Positions 22,630 through 34,759 of a DNA stretch of 64,000 nt are shown piece after piece; position 1 is the first letter of the stretch, and each line of letters opens with the position of its first letter. The notes under the pieces are model-generated. The model made no database searches. It worked only from the letters and a program-made list of their open reading frames with translations, and had not been told where the DNA came from. Source of the DNA: Dudresnaya verticillata (lineage: Eukaryota); contig OZ374566.1 in NCBI GenBank assembly GCA_977862235.1, positions 496,001-560,000 on the forward strand, written 5' to 3'. Both the position numbers and the translations under genes were made by a program.

Positions 22630-23430
22630 TCACGTCTTCACAATGGCGACGATGATTGCCGCGATAAGAACAAGGACAACGATTGCAAGTATGATTTGCA
22701 TTTTGGTGTTCTTCCACCACATCTTGTCCTTGGCGCGGTTGGCAGATCTTTGAAAGCCAGTGGCTTCATTTTTCATCGTATCCGTCTGATCTAACAAGGT
22801 CTCGATATTCTCCTGGTTACGCAGAACCGACTGAATATTGTTCTGCATGACGCCTTTAACCTCCTCGACCTGAAGGCTTACAGCGGCGACCTTATCAACA
22901 TTCTGAACCGTGTTGTACTTTTCGCACAAGCCACGCAGCAGATCACGCGCGGGGCGGCTGAGGCTAGAGTGGCGGGCGGTCTGGACGTCGTTTCCGAAGC
23001 GCGCGTCAAACTCGCGGCGGACCTCGCCGAGGAACTTGAAGGCGGTGCGCTGCTGGTACTCGCGCGAGCACACGACGAGATAAAGACAGACCGGGTCCGA
23101 GTCGTAGTGGATGGAGCCTACTTCGCGGTCAGTGATAGTCAGGCGGGTGTGTTCTCCGATGCGGCCGGACCGCAGCACCTTCTCCAACTTATCATCTAGC
23201 AGCTTGGCAGGGAGCTCGCGCGTGTCGACGGCGGCAAACTCTGCGACTGGGACTCGGTCGGCAAGGCGGGCGACGGCGACGTACCGCACGTTGTCGGCGT
23301 TTTCCTACGCGGGGCGGGGCGGGGTGGGGTAGAGCGAGCGGGCGTGTGTCAGTAGCGGTCTGGAGGTGGGGCGCGTGCGTGCGGTGGTTTTGAGCTTCGG
23401 TGGGGCTGCGAGGCCTGTTCTGCTTACCAT
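22630..23430 (-). CDS. VAMP7: VAMP7-type longin R-SNARE; ATG-only first coding exon (23428-23430), intron 23305-23427, exon 2 22630-23304
   Basis: Longin domain (YQQRTAFKFLGEVRREF), synaptobrevin coil (VEEVKGVMQNNIQSVL...MWWKNTK) and a C-terminal TM helix. Splice signals are ATG|GTAAGC donor, CTGAC branch site and TAG acceptor, giving MENADNVRYVAVAR in frame. Confidence 0.9.
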
Positions 23431-23680
23431 TTGATGAGGGGGAGAGCGAACTGCGAAGACGGCGGGTTCGTCTGGGGACAGGCGGGTGGGGCGGCGTGGG
23501 TCGGGTTGGCTCGGGAGGTCGGGTTGAGCGGTTCAGTCCCGAGGAGTGGGAACACGGCAGCTGCGACGCGGCAGAGCAGCGCAGAGCAGCGCAGAACAGG
23601 AGTTCCGTAACGGCGCAGGCGGGCACAGAAGCGGCTGTGGCCGGTGTCGAAGCGCTGCGGTGGGGGGTGCGGGTGCTGCA

Positions 23681-23738
23681 GGCGGCGGTGGCGGCGGTGG
23701 TGGCGGTGGCGGCGGTGGCGGCGGTGGCGGCGGCGGTG
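23681..23738. repeat. Imperfect (GGC/GGT)n trinucleotide tract upstream of VAMP7
   Basis: GGCGGCGGTGGCGGCGGTGGTGGCGGT... spanning about 58 bp. Confidence 0.9.
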
Positions 23739-24792
23739 CTTGCTGGGCAAGGGGGGGAAGACGGGGTGACTGCGTAAGGGACGGTGGGAGGAATAGGCGG
23801 TGGGGCTTGCGAAGCGACCAGCAAGGAGGGGTGAGAATGCGGGAACAGTTTTGGGGTGTGGTGCGAAAAGTGAACGGCAGAACTGGAGGGTGGCGGCGCA
23901 GATGGGGCCGGTGCGCGGCTGCGGAGAGAAACGAAGCGAAATAAATTCAGAATTGTGGGGAAAATCTTTGGTGTTGCGCCATTTTTGCCACGCGGAGGCA
24001 TCGGTCGGCATCGGCTTACGACGCTGCTGCGCACTAGTTGCCTGCCACGCTGTGCGCGCCGCGCGCTGCTCCCCCTCGCATGTCGATTTAGTGCAAGTCC
24101 GGCTGACGGACCGCACAATCGCTGAGGTCTGACTGGCCCAATGCGCAATGGCCCGAACAAGAGCCTTGTCAGCTCACCCCTTGGGACGTCCGCCCGACGT
24201 GGCCACCGCTGCTGCCTCAAACCCTCCTGCTGCGGAAAAAATGTCCACTACCTCCAGGCCGTCACCGCTCACCGCCCTGCCACTCTCGTCATCTCAGAGT
24301 GCCAGCCATCCCTTTCCATCTTGTCATTCTTGGAACACCACCGCGGCACTCTCCAATATACCCGGAATCATTAGCAACGCCTAGTCATCAGCCCTGACGA
24401 GTCATGAATAGCCCTCGATCCGTTCCCTCGCAGCACACGGTCTCGCATGAAATACTTCGGGTCACAAGCTCCTGTTTGCTGCGTCCCATGATTCTATCCT
24501 GGCCAAATCGAAGGCTGACAAGCCGCTTAATTATCTCATATCTTCTTAGCAAAGCAAACAAACAACCGCTACTTCAGTGTCGTTCATTTCCACCCACGAG
24601 CAAATCATTCCCATTCTTCCAAGCTAAGACGCGTAATTAATACTATTGTGAACAACACACATTTCTTCAGAGCGTTCTCTAGACGGATTAAAACATGTCC
24701 CAACACAGGAAGCCCGAGACAAAAGCCATTTTCTCCATCAAGCCTACCGCAGACATCGGGAGCCTCCCAAGCACAGCGTCCTGTTGCCAGCT

Positions 24793-25770
24793 CTATGTAC
24801 TCGCTTCTTCATTTTGCATGTTCTCCAGATTCGGCGCGAGGCTCTTGATATACTCTGGTGCATATCCTCCGTATTCAGTCACTACGATATCCACTTTCTG
24901 CAGAGCAACAACATCAAAACGGTTTGCAACAACTGCAATAGGCTCATGCTTCCGGTCCGCCCTGGACCCCTCGTAGCCCCAAACTTCCCCTGGAGGAGCG
25001 CAGTCCAATCCCACGACACTAACCACATTGCTTCCCACAGGCGCGATGCGATGCCGGGCACAGACAACCACAACTGGCACCCGCACACGGTTCGCCGCTG
25101 CACACAGCAATGAGCTTCCGGGTGGACACAGCGCCCCGTCCTCAGAATCGAGCCCTGACGCAGAGAGCACCACCTTCGATGCCCCTCGCAAAGCAAACGA
25201 TACCCTCGAATCCTGCACGACAGACACGTTGAGGTCACGCGATCCTTTGAGCCGTTCAAGCTGGGCATCTGCCACACCTTTGTGATCTGTTCCAACGCGC
25301 AAGATGCGGACAGTTAGCAGAGTAGAGCCCTTTTCAGCAGTTTCGGCAACTGCGTCCGCCGCGATCTGCAGGGCTGATTCCAGGTACATCCCTTGCGGCT
25401 CAGCCAGTATCACGACCGTGTCCCCAGCCGAAAACAGACCGGAAGATTGCTCCGCCAGTTCAGGTTCTGCTTCCCGGACCTCGTCCAACAATGCGGCCAA
25501 CTCGGGTTCGATATATTCGCGAGATATGTCATCGGTGTCCAGTGCTTCTAGCACTCGGCCGGTGAGCGCTTCCAGGATATGCAAGTCAGCGATGAACGGT
25601 CTGAGCTCCTTGCGCACTTCGGACACCGCGCTGCGTGGATCGGGTGACGTCAAGGCAGTCACACGAAGAAGCATGCATAGTCGTTCCGATAGGTCTCGAG
25701 CGGAGGTGTCGGTCGATTGGCAGCGACGCATCACCTCCTTGGTCATCTTCAAGAGCGCGTCGGAAAGCAT
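24793..25770 (-). CDS. Translation initiation factor eIF2B regulatory subunit (beta-like)
   Basis: IF-2B family features: AEQSSGLFSAGDTVVIL, ASKVVLSA, AANRVRVPVVVVC, FDVV...VDIVVTEYGGYAPEYI. Confidence 0.75.
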   Translation of the reverse strand: MLSDALLKMTKEVMRRCQSTDTSARDLSERLCMLLRVTALTSPDPRSAVSEVRKELRPFIADLHILEALTGRVLEALDTDDISREYIEPELAALLDEVREAEPELAEQSSGLFSAGDTVVILAEPQGMYLESALQIAADAVAETAEKGSTLLTVRILRVGTDHKGVADAQLERLKGSRDLNVSVVQDSRVSFALRGASKVVLSASGLDSEDGALCPPGSSLLCAAANRVRVPVVVVCARHRIAPVGSNVVSVVGLDCAPPGEVWGYEGSRADRKHEPIAVVANRFDVVALQKVDIVVTEYGGYAPEYIKSLAPNLENMQNEEAST

Positions 25771-26773
25771 CTTGGAGTGTTTGGGTGCCTAATCTCAAGA
25801 AAATGAGTTGATCTAGAAACCTGAACTCCGGAGCTCCGTGAACAGATCGTGAGCGTGGCGAATGCAATTTTCGACACTGCTTCTCAAATGGCTTGTCAGA
25901 TCTTCAGGACGAGTTAAGGTATAGAGTTGCTCAGCGAAATATCTTTTTCCGTGGGAGTTCACTCCATGGAGACGGGGAGTTCAGGGATGGAGCAGGTATG
26001 TACACTCTCGGCAATCGAAGTGTTGACGAGCCTCGTCCGAATTGACGGAATGTCGGGTTTTGTCTGAGTGCATTTTGCTTCTTTTTTTTGTCAGGGTAGC
26101 AATGATTTTCGGCTCCACTTATGACAGCGTGTCGCCAGGTTATTGGATGTTTTCGAAGACACACTATGATAATCGCTCGGGTGTTCCTTGGCATTCGCGT
26201 CTTGTGCGCCTCTTCCAAGTTTAGCACTGCAGTACTCCACACCCTGTTTGCCTCTACTGCTTCCAGTTGTTTCGATCCTCCTTGAGCTCCTTCAATGCCG
26301 AAGAAGCTTCATTTTGGACACTCTTCTCAAGGCTGCACTCTAGGTAGAAAGCTGTGTTCTGAGAGTGCACGCGGTAACTTGACCAAAGGTTGTGATCTGC
26401 GCTCAGGCAATTTACCACGCAGGTGGGAGGCGAAAAAACATACCGCTTGCACCCAGATAAATGGAAAAGCTTCCAAGCATTTTGTAGGGACCTGTTAGGG
26501 AGAAAAAACGTATACATAATACCGCTGGAAAGACGTTCTAGTGTATGTGTGTACGAGCCGAGCAATAAGGCATCCCTCTACGTACAACGAAAAACGGACA
26601 GGAGGCAATCGCTTGCGGCTTGTCACAAAGTTCTAAGATGATGTTAAAGTAAGAGCGCTAGATCCGCTTAGTAATTTCGTTCCTACCAGAAAGCGGCTTT
26701 GCATAAAAGCAATGAACGAAGTGCCAACGGACCGAACGCGCAGTTAGGATCCTAGCAATAACGCACCACTTCA

Positions 26774-27814
26774 TCACCGAATCGTATTCCCTGAACCCTT
26801 GTTATTGTCATCCTTCCAATCATCCCATCTGCTCTTTTCAAGCCGCTCCCGCTCAACGACGTCTTCCCCATCACTATCCTCCTCTTCCCTCCGCCTAGCA
26901 GCTACGACCTCCTTCTCATGTTTCTCCTTCTCCACCTTAATCGCTCGCTCCATCTCAATCTGTCCCCATTCCTCGACCGTGTACGTGGGCAACGAGTGGC
27001 TCGGCCGGAATACTTCCTCCTTGGCTTTCTGCCTGTCGCTGACAATGCGAAATGTCGGCGGCAGCCCTCCGAGCCCAGGCGGCGGGCCCTTCGGCCGCGC
27101 TCGCTCCGCCTTCTCCCTCGGATCAACACCACGTTCCATCTGCTTCACGGCGAAACGTAAAATCTCCATCTCCTGGGCAAGCCCGGGCAGCATATCCAGC
27201 CCACGTCGCACAGCGCTTTGCAGAACGACCAAACTCGCCTCGCGCTCCGCTTCCTCTCCATCGTCGTCTTCGTCCCCTCGTGCTCGCTCTCGCAGGGCAA
27301 TCAGCTTCTTCTCGGCTGCTTTCTCCGCCTTGAACCGCGCAATCTTCTCTTCGCGCCGCTGCGATGGCGACATGACCGGCTCCGGAGTGTCATCTAGCGC
27401 GGCGTCGCGCTGGCGCTCGGACAGCAAACGAAGGTCGTCCACGCGGCGGAAGAAGGCGGAGAGAAACTCACGTGCCGACTGCAGCGCCGCATAGCGCTCA
27501 CGAGGCTCGCCCTGCACCTGCGAATGAGCGCGGGCTTGCAAGAATGGAAGGAGAAGGTATTTGAGAGAGCGGGTAGGGATCTCTTCCACAGACTCGTTTG
27601 CTGAGATTAACGCGGCACGCTCTGCCGCCTCCTCCACGTGCGCAAGCGAGGCCAGCGCTGCTTGAGCGCTTTCTGGTGAGACTGCCGAGGTGCGCACCTT
27701 TGCCGGCAGAGCAGACAGATGTGTCAGAGCTGGCCAGTCTTCGTCAACCACTTGCAGGTGCGTGACAGCAGTGTGGAAGAGGTCGTCCAGAGTCGGGCCG
27801 TCGTTCGTAGCCAT
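26774..27814 (-). CDS. TAP42: TAP42/TAP46/IGBP1 PP2A regulatory subunit
   Basis: SANESVEEIPTRSLKYLLLPF, RREEKIARFK, VFRPSHSLPTYTVEEW and C-terminal WDDWKDDNNKGSGN. Confidence 0.93.
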   Translation of the reverse strand: MATNDGPTLDDLFHTAVTHLQVVDEDWPALTHLSALPAKVRTSAVSPESAQAALASLAHVEEAAERAALISANESVEEIPTRSLKYLLLPFLQARAHSQVQGEPRERYAALQSAREFLSAFFRRVDDLRLLSERQRDAALDDTPEPVMSPSQRREEKIARFKAEKAAEKKLIALRERARGDEDDDGEEAEREASLVVLQSAVRRGLDMLPGLAQEMEILRFAVKQMERGVDPREKAERARPKGPPPGLGGLPPTFRIVSDRQKAKEEVFRPSHSLPTYTVEEWGQIEMERAIKVEKEKHEKEVVAARRREEEDSDGEDVVERERLEKSRWDDWKDDNNKGSGNTIR

Positions 27815-28712
27815 TTTGAAGGAGGCGGAGGAAGCAGGCAGGTGTCGGGCGTGCGTTCCCGGCAGAGTCAGTGACGTTGACGGTGAGTTGCTTGTGACGA
27901 CTTGCGCGGCAGGCCGGATCAACAAAAGAAATTCTGGACCTCGCCGTGCTACTGAACGGTTACTGGCACAACGGTGGAATTACGGCAATCCAATAAAACC
28001 GAAATCTTCGCCCCGGCCTGTCTGTGTCATGTGCAGGTGTATCAATGCCGCGTGCGCATGCGGCCTGCGAGGGTGGGAAGGCAGCGAGCAGTCCACAATG
28101 GCTGCAGAGCAAGGGCTCGCTGCATCATTCCTCCTGTGCAAAAATACAGCATCTTGCTAAAAAGCATTCTGTCACCCAAAGGAGACTGTGCAGAAGAATC
28201 CGAGAGATGCACGCTTTGGTTGAAGAGCTCTATCGCACGAGACGGTTTGCAAGCAGTAGACGAATTCGTCTTCGTTTTGTGCTATCATAGCTTTACTTAA
28301 CCAGCATGCCTTCTAGAACAGCGCTACCTCCTGATCACCTCGTGCGATAGCAACCCGCCGGAGCAAATAATTGGACCTCTCGCATTTTCCTGAGAGCACC
28401 TGAAGTGCAAAACCCAGAGCAATGTAGCGGGAGCCAGACAACCCGTTTACAACGTGCAGCAGCCCCCTGCCAAATGGTAAAGGAGTGTTACATACCGTTT
28501 TCTCGCGTGGAGGGGGCTGTCTGGGCATGGCGCGAGGGGGAAAAAAGTGCCGAAAAAGACGACGTGTGGAATTTCGGCGGCCCCATGAATTCTTGCATCG
28601 CGTCAGCCATAGTGCTGACATCGCCCCGAGCCCGGAAGCCCACCGCACGACACGGTCCGTAGTGTCGGACCACACTCCCAACAGTACCTCCGCTTTCACT
28701 CCGCAGTCGCCC

Positions 28713-29729
28713 ATGCGGAGACGGCGCGCACCGGCAGCCCCTGACAGAACTGTGTCCGAGACAACGTCGGCGTCGGACACCTGGAAGATGACGCTCGCGG
28801 CGCCGACCTCGGTGCGCAACCGCACCGCCGAGTTCAACGCCATCCTCGATGGCGCGAGTGCCGCATCGGCGCCAGGCAACAAGCCCTTGCCCTCGCTCCC
28901 GCCCGTCCACCTCACGCCGCGCTCAGAGTTCACCCGCCTCGCATCCCATGTCGGAAAGGATATCCAGGGCACCTCCGTGAAGCTCGCCAAACTCACCAAG
29001 CTCGCTCAGCGCCGTTCGCTCTTTGATGACCCCACCGCTGAAATCTCAGAGTTGACTTATGTCATCAAGCAGGATATTGCTTCTCTCAATGGAAAGTTGG
29101 CGGATCTACAGCGCCTGCGCGACGCGACGCGACGCTCGGCGAATAAGCAGGCCGGCGATCACTCAGAGAATGTAGTCGACTCTCTGAAAGGACGATTGGG
29201 TGCAACTGCGGAAGGTTTCAAGAAGGTGCTGAAAATGCGTACGGAGAGTCTGGCCGCTCAACAGGATCGTCGCTCGCACTTTACTGGTACCACACAGTCG
29301 TCAACACCGATGTTCACGCAGCCTCCTGCGAACAGCGTAGCCCTTGACTTGGGCCAGGGTTCATTGGGTGCTTCTGCAGCTGCACCAGGAGCACAGCAAA
29401 GGTCAATGGGCGGCTCCCAACATTTGTCCTTAATGAGAAGGCCGGGTGAAACGACGTACCAGACAGCCCGTGCCGATGCGGTGAAGCAAGTTGAGAGCAC
29501 AATTGTTGAGCTCGGTCAGATTTTCAACCAACTTGCGACGATGGTTTCAGAGCAAGGCGAACTTGTTGAAAGGATTGATGCTAACGTGGAAGATACAGTC
29601 ACGAACATGGACGCAGGTCAGAACCAACTAATGATTTATTACAATAGCATTGCAGGCAACCGGGCTTTAATTCTCAAAGTCTTCGGCGTGCTGCTGGCCT
29701 TTTTAGTCCTATGGACTGTGATCCTTTAG
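28713..29729 (+). CDS. STX5: Syntaxin-5/Sed5/SYP3 Qa-SNARE (alternative start at 28788)
   Basis: RNRTAEF Sly1-binding motif, KLAKLTKLAQRRSLFDDP, SNARE coil VESTIVELGQIFNQLATMVSEQGELVERIDANV and a C-terminal TM helix. Confidence 0.93.
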   Translation: MRRRRAPAAPDRTVSETTSASDTWKMTLAAPTSVRNRTAEFNAILDGASAASAPGNKPLPSLPPVHLTPRSEFTRLASHVGKDIQGTSVKLAKLTKLAQRRSLFDDPTAEISELTYVIKQDIASLNGKLADLQRLRDATRRSANKQAGDHSENVVDSLKGRLGATAEGFKKVLKMRTESLAAQQDRRSHFTGTTQSSTPMFTQPPANSVALDLGQGSLGASAAAPGAQQRSMGGSQHLSLMRRPGETTYQTARADAVKQVESTIVELGQIFNQLATMVSEQGELVERIDANVEDTVTNMDAGQNQLMIYYNSIAGNRALILKVFGVLLAFLVLWTVIL

Positions 29730-29952
29730 CGCAAGTCTGCCTGGTAAAGAACAAATTCTTGTTCTTAAATCTGCTATCCGTTAGGAGCAGCCGGTGCGAT
29801 CGGTCCATAGAAGTGGTTGTGCACTGCGCTGCCCCCGCAGCTGTGCCGGGTGCGAATGGGAAGGATCCTGAAACTATATCCTATCACACCAGCGTGCTTG
29901 AGCTGAGGGGTAGATTTATTACAAGAATGATGATACATGGCTTGTATCGCCA

Positions 29953-31503
29953 TCATGGTGATCCTTTGTTTTCGTCATCTGACATTGAGGTCTGTAGTGG
30001 ATGCTTTTCAGCAACGTGTCGGTTCAGCAAGGCAACCCTATTGAAAGCCTTTGCACACGCACTGCACCGAAAATGCTTCTCACTGTCGTCTTGAAACTCT
30101 TCACAGACCAATTCAGATTTGGTGGAGTTCGAGTCGTTGCTATTCGGAGCATTTCGGGAGCCATTATTTGTCCTACCAGACCCGATTGCAGGAGAAGCCT
30201 GATGAACGGTTCTGACATGCCGTAGAAGTGAGGAGCTGTGTCCAAATGAAGCATCACACACTTGACAAACAAAAGGTCGTTTCTTTTCGTGTACAGCAAG
30301 AATGTGCACCCGCAAGTGCCCTTCTCTATCAAATGAGGATGGGCATTTTGTGCACTTGTAAGGCCTAGCCGCTGAAGATCCCGAGGTCCTCCTTTCTCCA
30401 TCTCTTCTGCCTCTAGAGTAATGTTTGCCACTTGAAACGGAAGTCGCCTTAGTGCCACTTGGTTTTCCGCCCACAACTGCCTGGGGTCGCAACTTTTTCC
30501 CCTTTTCGAAAGGACGGGCAAAGCTCACATCTTCTGGCTTGCTCGACGACTTGCGTTCTCGAGCAGATATGTCAGCAGCGCTGCTTAGAAGAAGCTGCAC
30601 ATGGCTTTCAGGAATATCATGGCCATTGATGTGATGTGTATTTTCTTTCTTCGGGCTCCTCTCCTTTAGCTTTGCATCATTATCCTTCCTTTTCTGGTCT
30701 TCTCCGTTCTTGGCCACTCTCTCTCCTCTTTCAGACACGCTCTGCATTGGCTTGTTCACATCCATTGGAGCTGGGTTGACTCGGTTTTCATTATTTGCCT
30801 TACCTTGCTCCACAGTTGCGTGTTTCAGCCTTTGCATATTCTCGGCTGCTTGAAGTATTTGCTTACCCCGCTCACCCCCAATCACGGTCTTCCAAAACTG
30901 TCCATTGTTCTGTGCATTTGGGGGTAATGAAGGCCGCCCGTCCTTGGTAGGGGCGTATGGAATCGAACTTAGTGGAGCCATCCTCTGCGAACTATTTTTG
31001 TGTTGGTGCCCATTCTGCTTGCTTTCTCTTTGAACGGAAGTAGTGCGAGCTGGTACGGAATGAAAAATCACGGAGCCAGACACGGTTCGCTTGAATCCTC
31101 CTCCTCCTGACTTGTAGGCTGCCGAACGGGTTTGTTCAGACGGCACCAGAGTTGGGGCTACATGCCCACCACCCCGAGGACTCACCAAAACCCCGTCCCG
31201 AGGTGACTTTGGCGCTTGCTCAGGGATTACTGGCGGCTGAAGTGGATAAGATGGCATGGGTCTATGATGCTTTGCCCGCGGAAAAGTTGGTGGTGGTCCG
31301 GAAGACGCATTCTGTTGTGCAATGACAACTCGAGGCATTACATCGACATCTGGGACCGGCAACCGTAAACGGACTTCTTCCACAACATAGCCAGACGCTG
31401 ATGCCTCAGAACGGAACAGCGCGATGGCTGCGTCAAGGCGAGCTTGTCTGCTTTCGATTCTCGGCACAGGAATGGTCGCTGCCGCCGTGACCGGGTGTGC
31501 CAT
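29953..31503 (-). CDS. C2H2 zinc-finger transcription factor (three fingers)
   Basis: YKCTKC...HLRVHILAVHEKKRPFVCQVC...LLRHVRTVH and FRCSAC...LNRHVAEKH. There is a probable 5'UTR intron at 31556-31644 (GTAAGC...CTTAAC...CAG). Confidence 0.88.
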   Translation of the reverse strand: MAHPVTAAATIPVPRIESRQARLDAAIALFRSEASASGYVVEEVRLRLPVPDVDVMPRVVIAQQNASSGPPPTFPRAKHHRPMPSYPLQPPVIPEQAPKSPRDGVLVSPRGGGHVAPTLVPSEQTRSAAYKSGGGGFKRTVSGSVIFHSVPARTTSVQRESKQNGHQHKNSSQRMAPLSSIPYAPTKDGRPSLPPNAQNNGQFWKTVIGGERGKQILQAAENMQRLKHATVEQGKANNENRVNPAPMDVNKPMQSVSERGERVAKNGEDQKRKDNDAKLKERSPKKENTHHINGHDIPESHVQLLLSSAADISARERKSSSKPEDVSFARPFEKGKKLRPQAVVGGKPSGTKATSVSSGKHYSRGRRDGERRTSGSSAARPYKCTKCPSSFDREGHLRVHILAVHEKKRPFVCQVCDASFGHSSSLLRHVRTVHQASPAIGSGRTNNGSRNAPNSNDSNSTKSELVCEEFQDDSEKHFRCSACAKAFNRVALLNRHVAEKHPLQTSMSDDENKGSP

Positions 31504-34500
31504 GGATGCTGAAGTCCGCAAGCGGTGAACAGGAGCAGAACGTGCCCGATGTCGGCTGGTTTGGTTTCCCACACAAGAAATGTTGAACGCAGGAGAAGGT
31601 TAAGTTTAACAAACAAACCTTCTTCTTGCACAGGTTTTGCTTACCAGCACGTCACAGCCGTCAAGTCTTTTGTACACTGCAAGTTGTTTGTGTTCAAATG
31701 GAATTGCCAAAAGGGCGGTCTATTCGTCTTTGAAGGAGACGAAAATAGGACCTGAGGCTGTTTACATTGAGCCCATTAAGAGGCAGAACAAATCTCACAA
31801 CACAAACGACACATCGGTCCGGTGTACTAAACGGAGTTCAAAAAAGATGTGTTCGTGAACATAGTGAAGGGTGGAGTACCAGTCGTTAGTTGAAACAAAA
31901 TACTCGCTGGCAGCACGTCTGAAGGCAACTGTGGAAGGCGCAGTGGCCCGGTCCAAGAAGTCATTTGCATTCCTGACCAGAGGCAGTACTGTAACTCAAA
32001 GACGGTAGGCGTTCTGGCGGTAGGCGTGCTCAAACGTGTGCGTACGTTCCGCAATACGCTGCAAAAACGACGGCGCAACAGGACGAGGGGAGGAAGCAGT
32101 CTCGAAACGGATTATTCAGCATGAGGATCCTAGCCCAAGGCAGGAGCACAAAGAGCACCAATGACGCAGTCATCTGATGAGAGAGCCATCACAAGGGCCA
32201 GGTGCTTGACCGGATGGAGTCGCGGGGGCAAGCACTTCCAAAAAGCAGGGCCAACACCCGCAGTCGGTATATGTCGCGGCATTGGGGCGACCTGCTCTGC
32301 AGGGAGTCGTACCCTCTCACTGGAGTGCGTGCTACCTGTTGCATGCGGCCGTTCAACAGCGGAACCTCGACTCACAGCTCTGTGGTCGGGGAATCGGACT
32401 GGGGGAACAACGTCGAAAGGCCGTATGACGATTGCTTAGATACCCAAGAACAACCGGAATGAAAGCTGATCGGGCCAGGTCTGGCCTTTGTAAACGCAAA
32501 TTTGATGGGCAAGCTATTCCCCAATGCCTGCCCCGAACTCAGCTTCAGAACGACTTCCGCTTTGGCACGTCAAGCGGCCTTCAGCACAAACAGTTTTGAC
32601 TGAAGAGTCTTGTGGAACAATGTATCAGGGCAGAAGTATCGGCCGCGTGAGGTTCAAGCGTCAACATGGCCAAGTCGAAACGCTGCTCGACCGATGGGGC
32701 ATTCCATGTAGGATGCCTCAGTTCTTCATCATGGGTCAACAGCGAAATTGGAGATGCAATTTTTCGTCTTTCGAATGCGTTTCCCCGAGCATCCCGGCCC
32801 TCTCTGTAAGACATCGTTTCTCTCTAATCCGCGTCGTGCATCATCATGCTCTACCTATGAATACCATGGGACTTGCTGAGATGCTTGTCCATCCTTTCAA
32901 GGAATGGGGCGGGGCAACCCGTGTGGGGTTCAAGCAAGAGCTTTTCAGGGCCGTGCGGCACGACCTACGGGGCGAACTGTCCGTGGAAATCGAAAGATGA
33001 TGTGTGCGCGTTTGTGTTCCTCTGACGCAATGAACTGGCCAACGAGCCTTGACATGGTTTCTTTCGTAGTGCAACTGGGGCAAACCCTTATCAAGCGAAC
33101 TGCGACGATAGTATGCAATACTTGCCTTCTCCGCCATTCTGTTTCACAATTCAGGCGCGCTGACTGTGTACCAAGTTTTGTTGCTTGCTGACAGTAGACG
33201 CATTCTCTGTTCCACTAGTCGGCAGCTTTTGGGCTCGTGGAGTGTTCACGGCCCTTGCGCAAACTTCTCCAGGCCATGACCCACCTCGAAGGTATTTGAG
33301 GCAATGCTTGCGATCTGCCGCAACAGTTATGCTGCATTAGAGACGATGTGCTTTCTGCCACATCGCAACCTTTCGGTTGTTAGTCGCATTGCGCTACCCC
33401 TGTTTACTGTATAGCTTCCATTCGCGCCCTACTTTCTAACATGTCAATGTTGCGTAATTAGTTTTCTATCACTGCAACATTACATGTTTTTTTTTCTTTC
33501 GCTTCAAAACACTACCATTCGATTAGGTTACCACTATGCCCTATTCAGCGCAATCGAGAATGCTTAAGCGCACATATAATACAGTTAGTTTAAAAGGATC
33601 CTTGCACGAAACCCCCGCTCCGACGAAGGGATTCAGGAGGAAAAGGGTTGGCCCGCTGCAGCGGGCAAGTCCTGTACAATGCAGAGCCTTACGACCATAT
33701 ATCACTTATATTCAATGCCCGTGGGGCCGAAACGTCAAATAACAAGCTGTTTGACAACGGTTCCTTTCCTGCCACAGCGTCATTCCTAACACCATGTGTC
33801 CTGCAAATATTCCGTTTGAGAAAACCTATTCAGTACCGGTCTCTAGTGACAACAGGCGAGGGCCCTTCTCATTATTTAGTGCTTGGGGGTGGTTTACAGT
33901 CATAAGATTGGGGCCAGAAAAGCCTCCATGTGTTGTTGACATCACCTGCAGTCTTTAACTTCACAGCAAATGAAGATGGAAGATGTTACCAAGGCACAGC
34001 CCTTCAACTTGCTCCCCGTTGTGCGATGGGTCCCGTTGTGGAGCCATTTGCGAATATCATTTTCTTAAATTGTTCATGTGCTTTCTTCCGTGGGTGCTTC
34101 GATTCAAACCCACAGTAATCTTGAAGTACGGCATCGTAATTGATGCAAAAGCTAGAACGAAATACTTCCACAGAAATATTTACCTGCTGAACTTGTTAGG
34201 ACTCCTTTGAAAAATTCCTTTCTTACAGGCGTAGAATTCATCCCAACTCTTTTAAAGTGTAGGGATAAGTGAACTTAAATGCATCGTTTGTCTTCATGAA
34301 AGTTATAGAAATGCCGAACCTTCACATAAATGTAAGAATGCGGGCTTCCATAGCGTTGTGCTGAGAAGGTTAGGAATGCAGAGAGACGTCCTTATTTTCG
34401 GTGTTGAAGCGGTAATATTGCAACGTTTCAATGTTACGACCCAGGAGCTCTACTTACCATTCGTTCTTAATAGCGGTGTTTAAGCTTCACTGCAAAACAT

Positions 34501-34759
34501 CAGTTTCACACAACAACTCTTCCTTTCGTCGAAGGAGTACTGTATTGCTCAAAATATATTTATTTTTTAATGCTTGGTCGGGACGGCCGCTCTGTTTGTT
34601 TTCCGTGCCAGTTCGCTAGAAGTTCAAAGCTGGTCGTTCCCAACCTTGGAAACTCATTGCGCAGCGGGCGTACGACACAGTACGACACGTCTGGCAGGAA
34701 ATTGGACGAGAGTATCTGGGGATCGTACTTTCAACGAACGCGATCAACTCTTCCTCAGG

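Noticed and set aside
23192..24220. 342 aa ORF and overlapping ORFs upstream of VAMP7
   Set aside because: GC-rich low-complexity translation that runs through the VAMP7 intron and the trinucleotide tract, with no domain.
31504..31572. GTG-initiated 'MGNQTS' myristoylation-like start for the C2H2 protein
   Set aside because: The GTG lies within a probable intron (donor GTAAGC at 31644, CTTAAC branch, CAG acceptor at 31556-31558), so the first ATG at 31503 is preferred.
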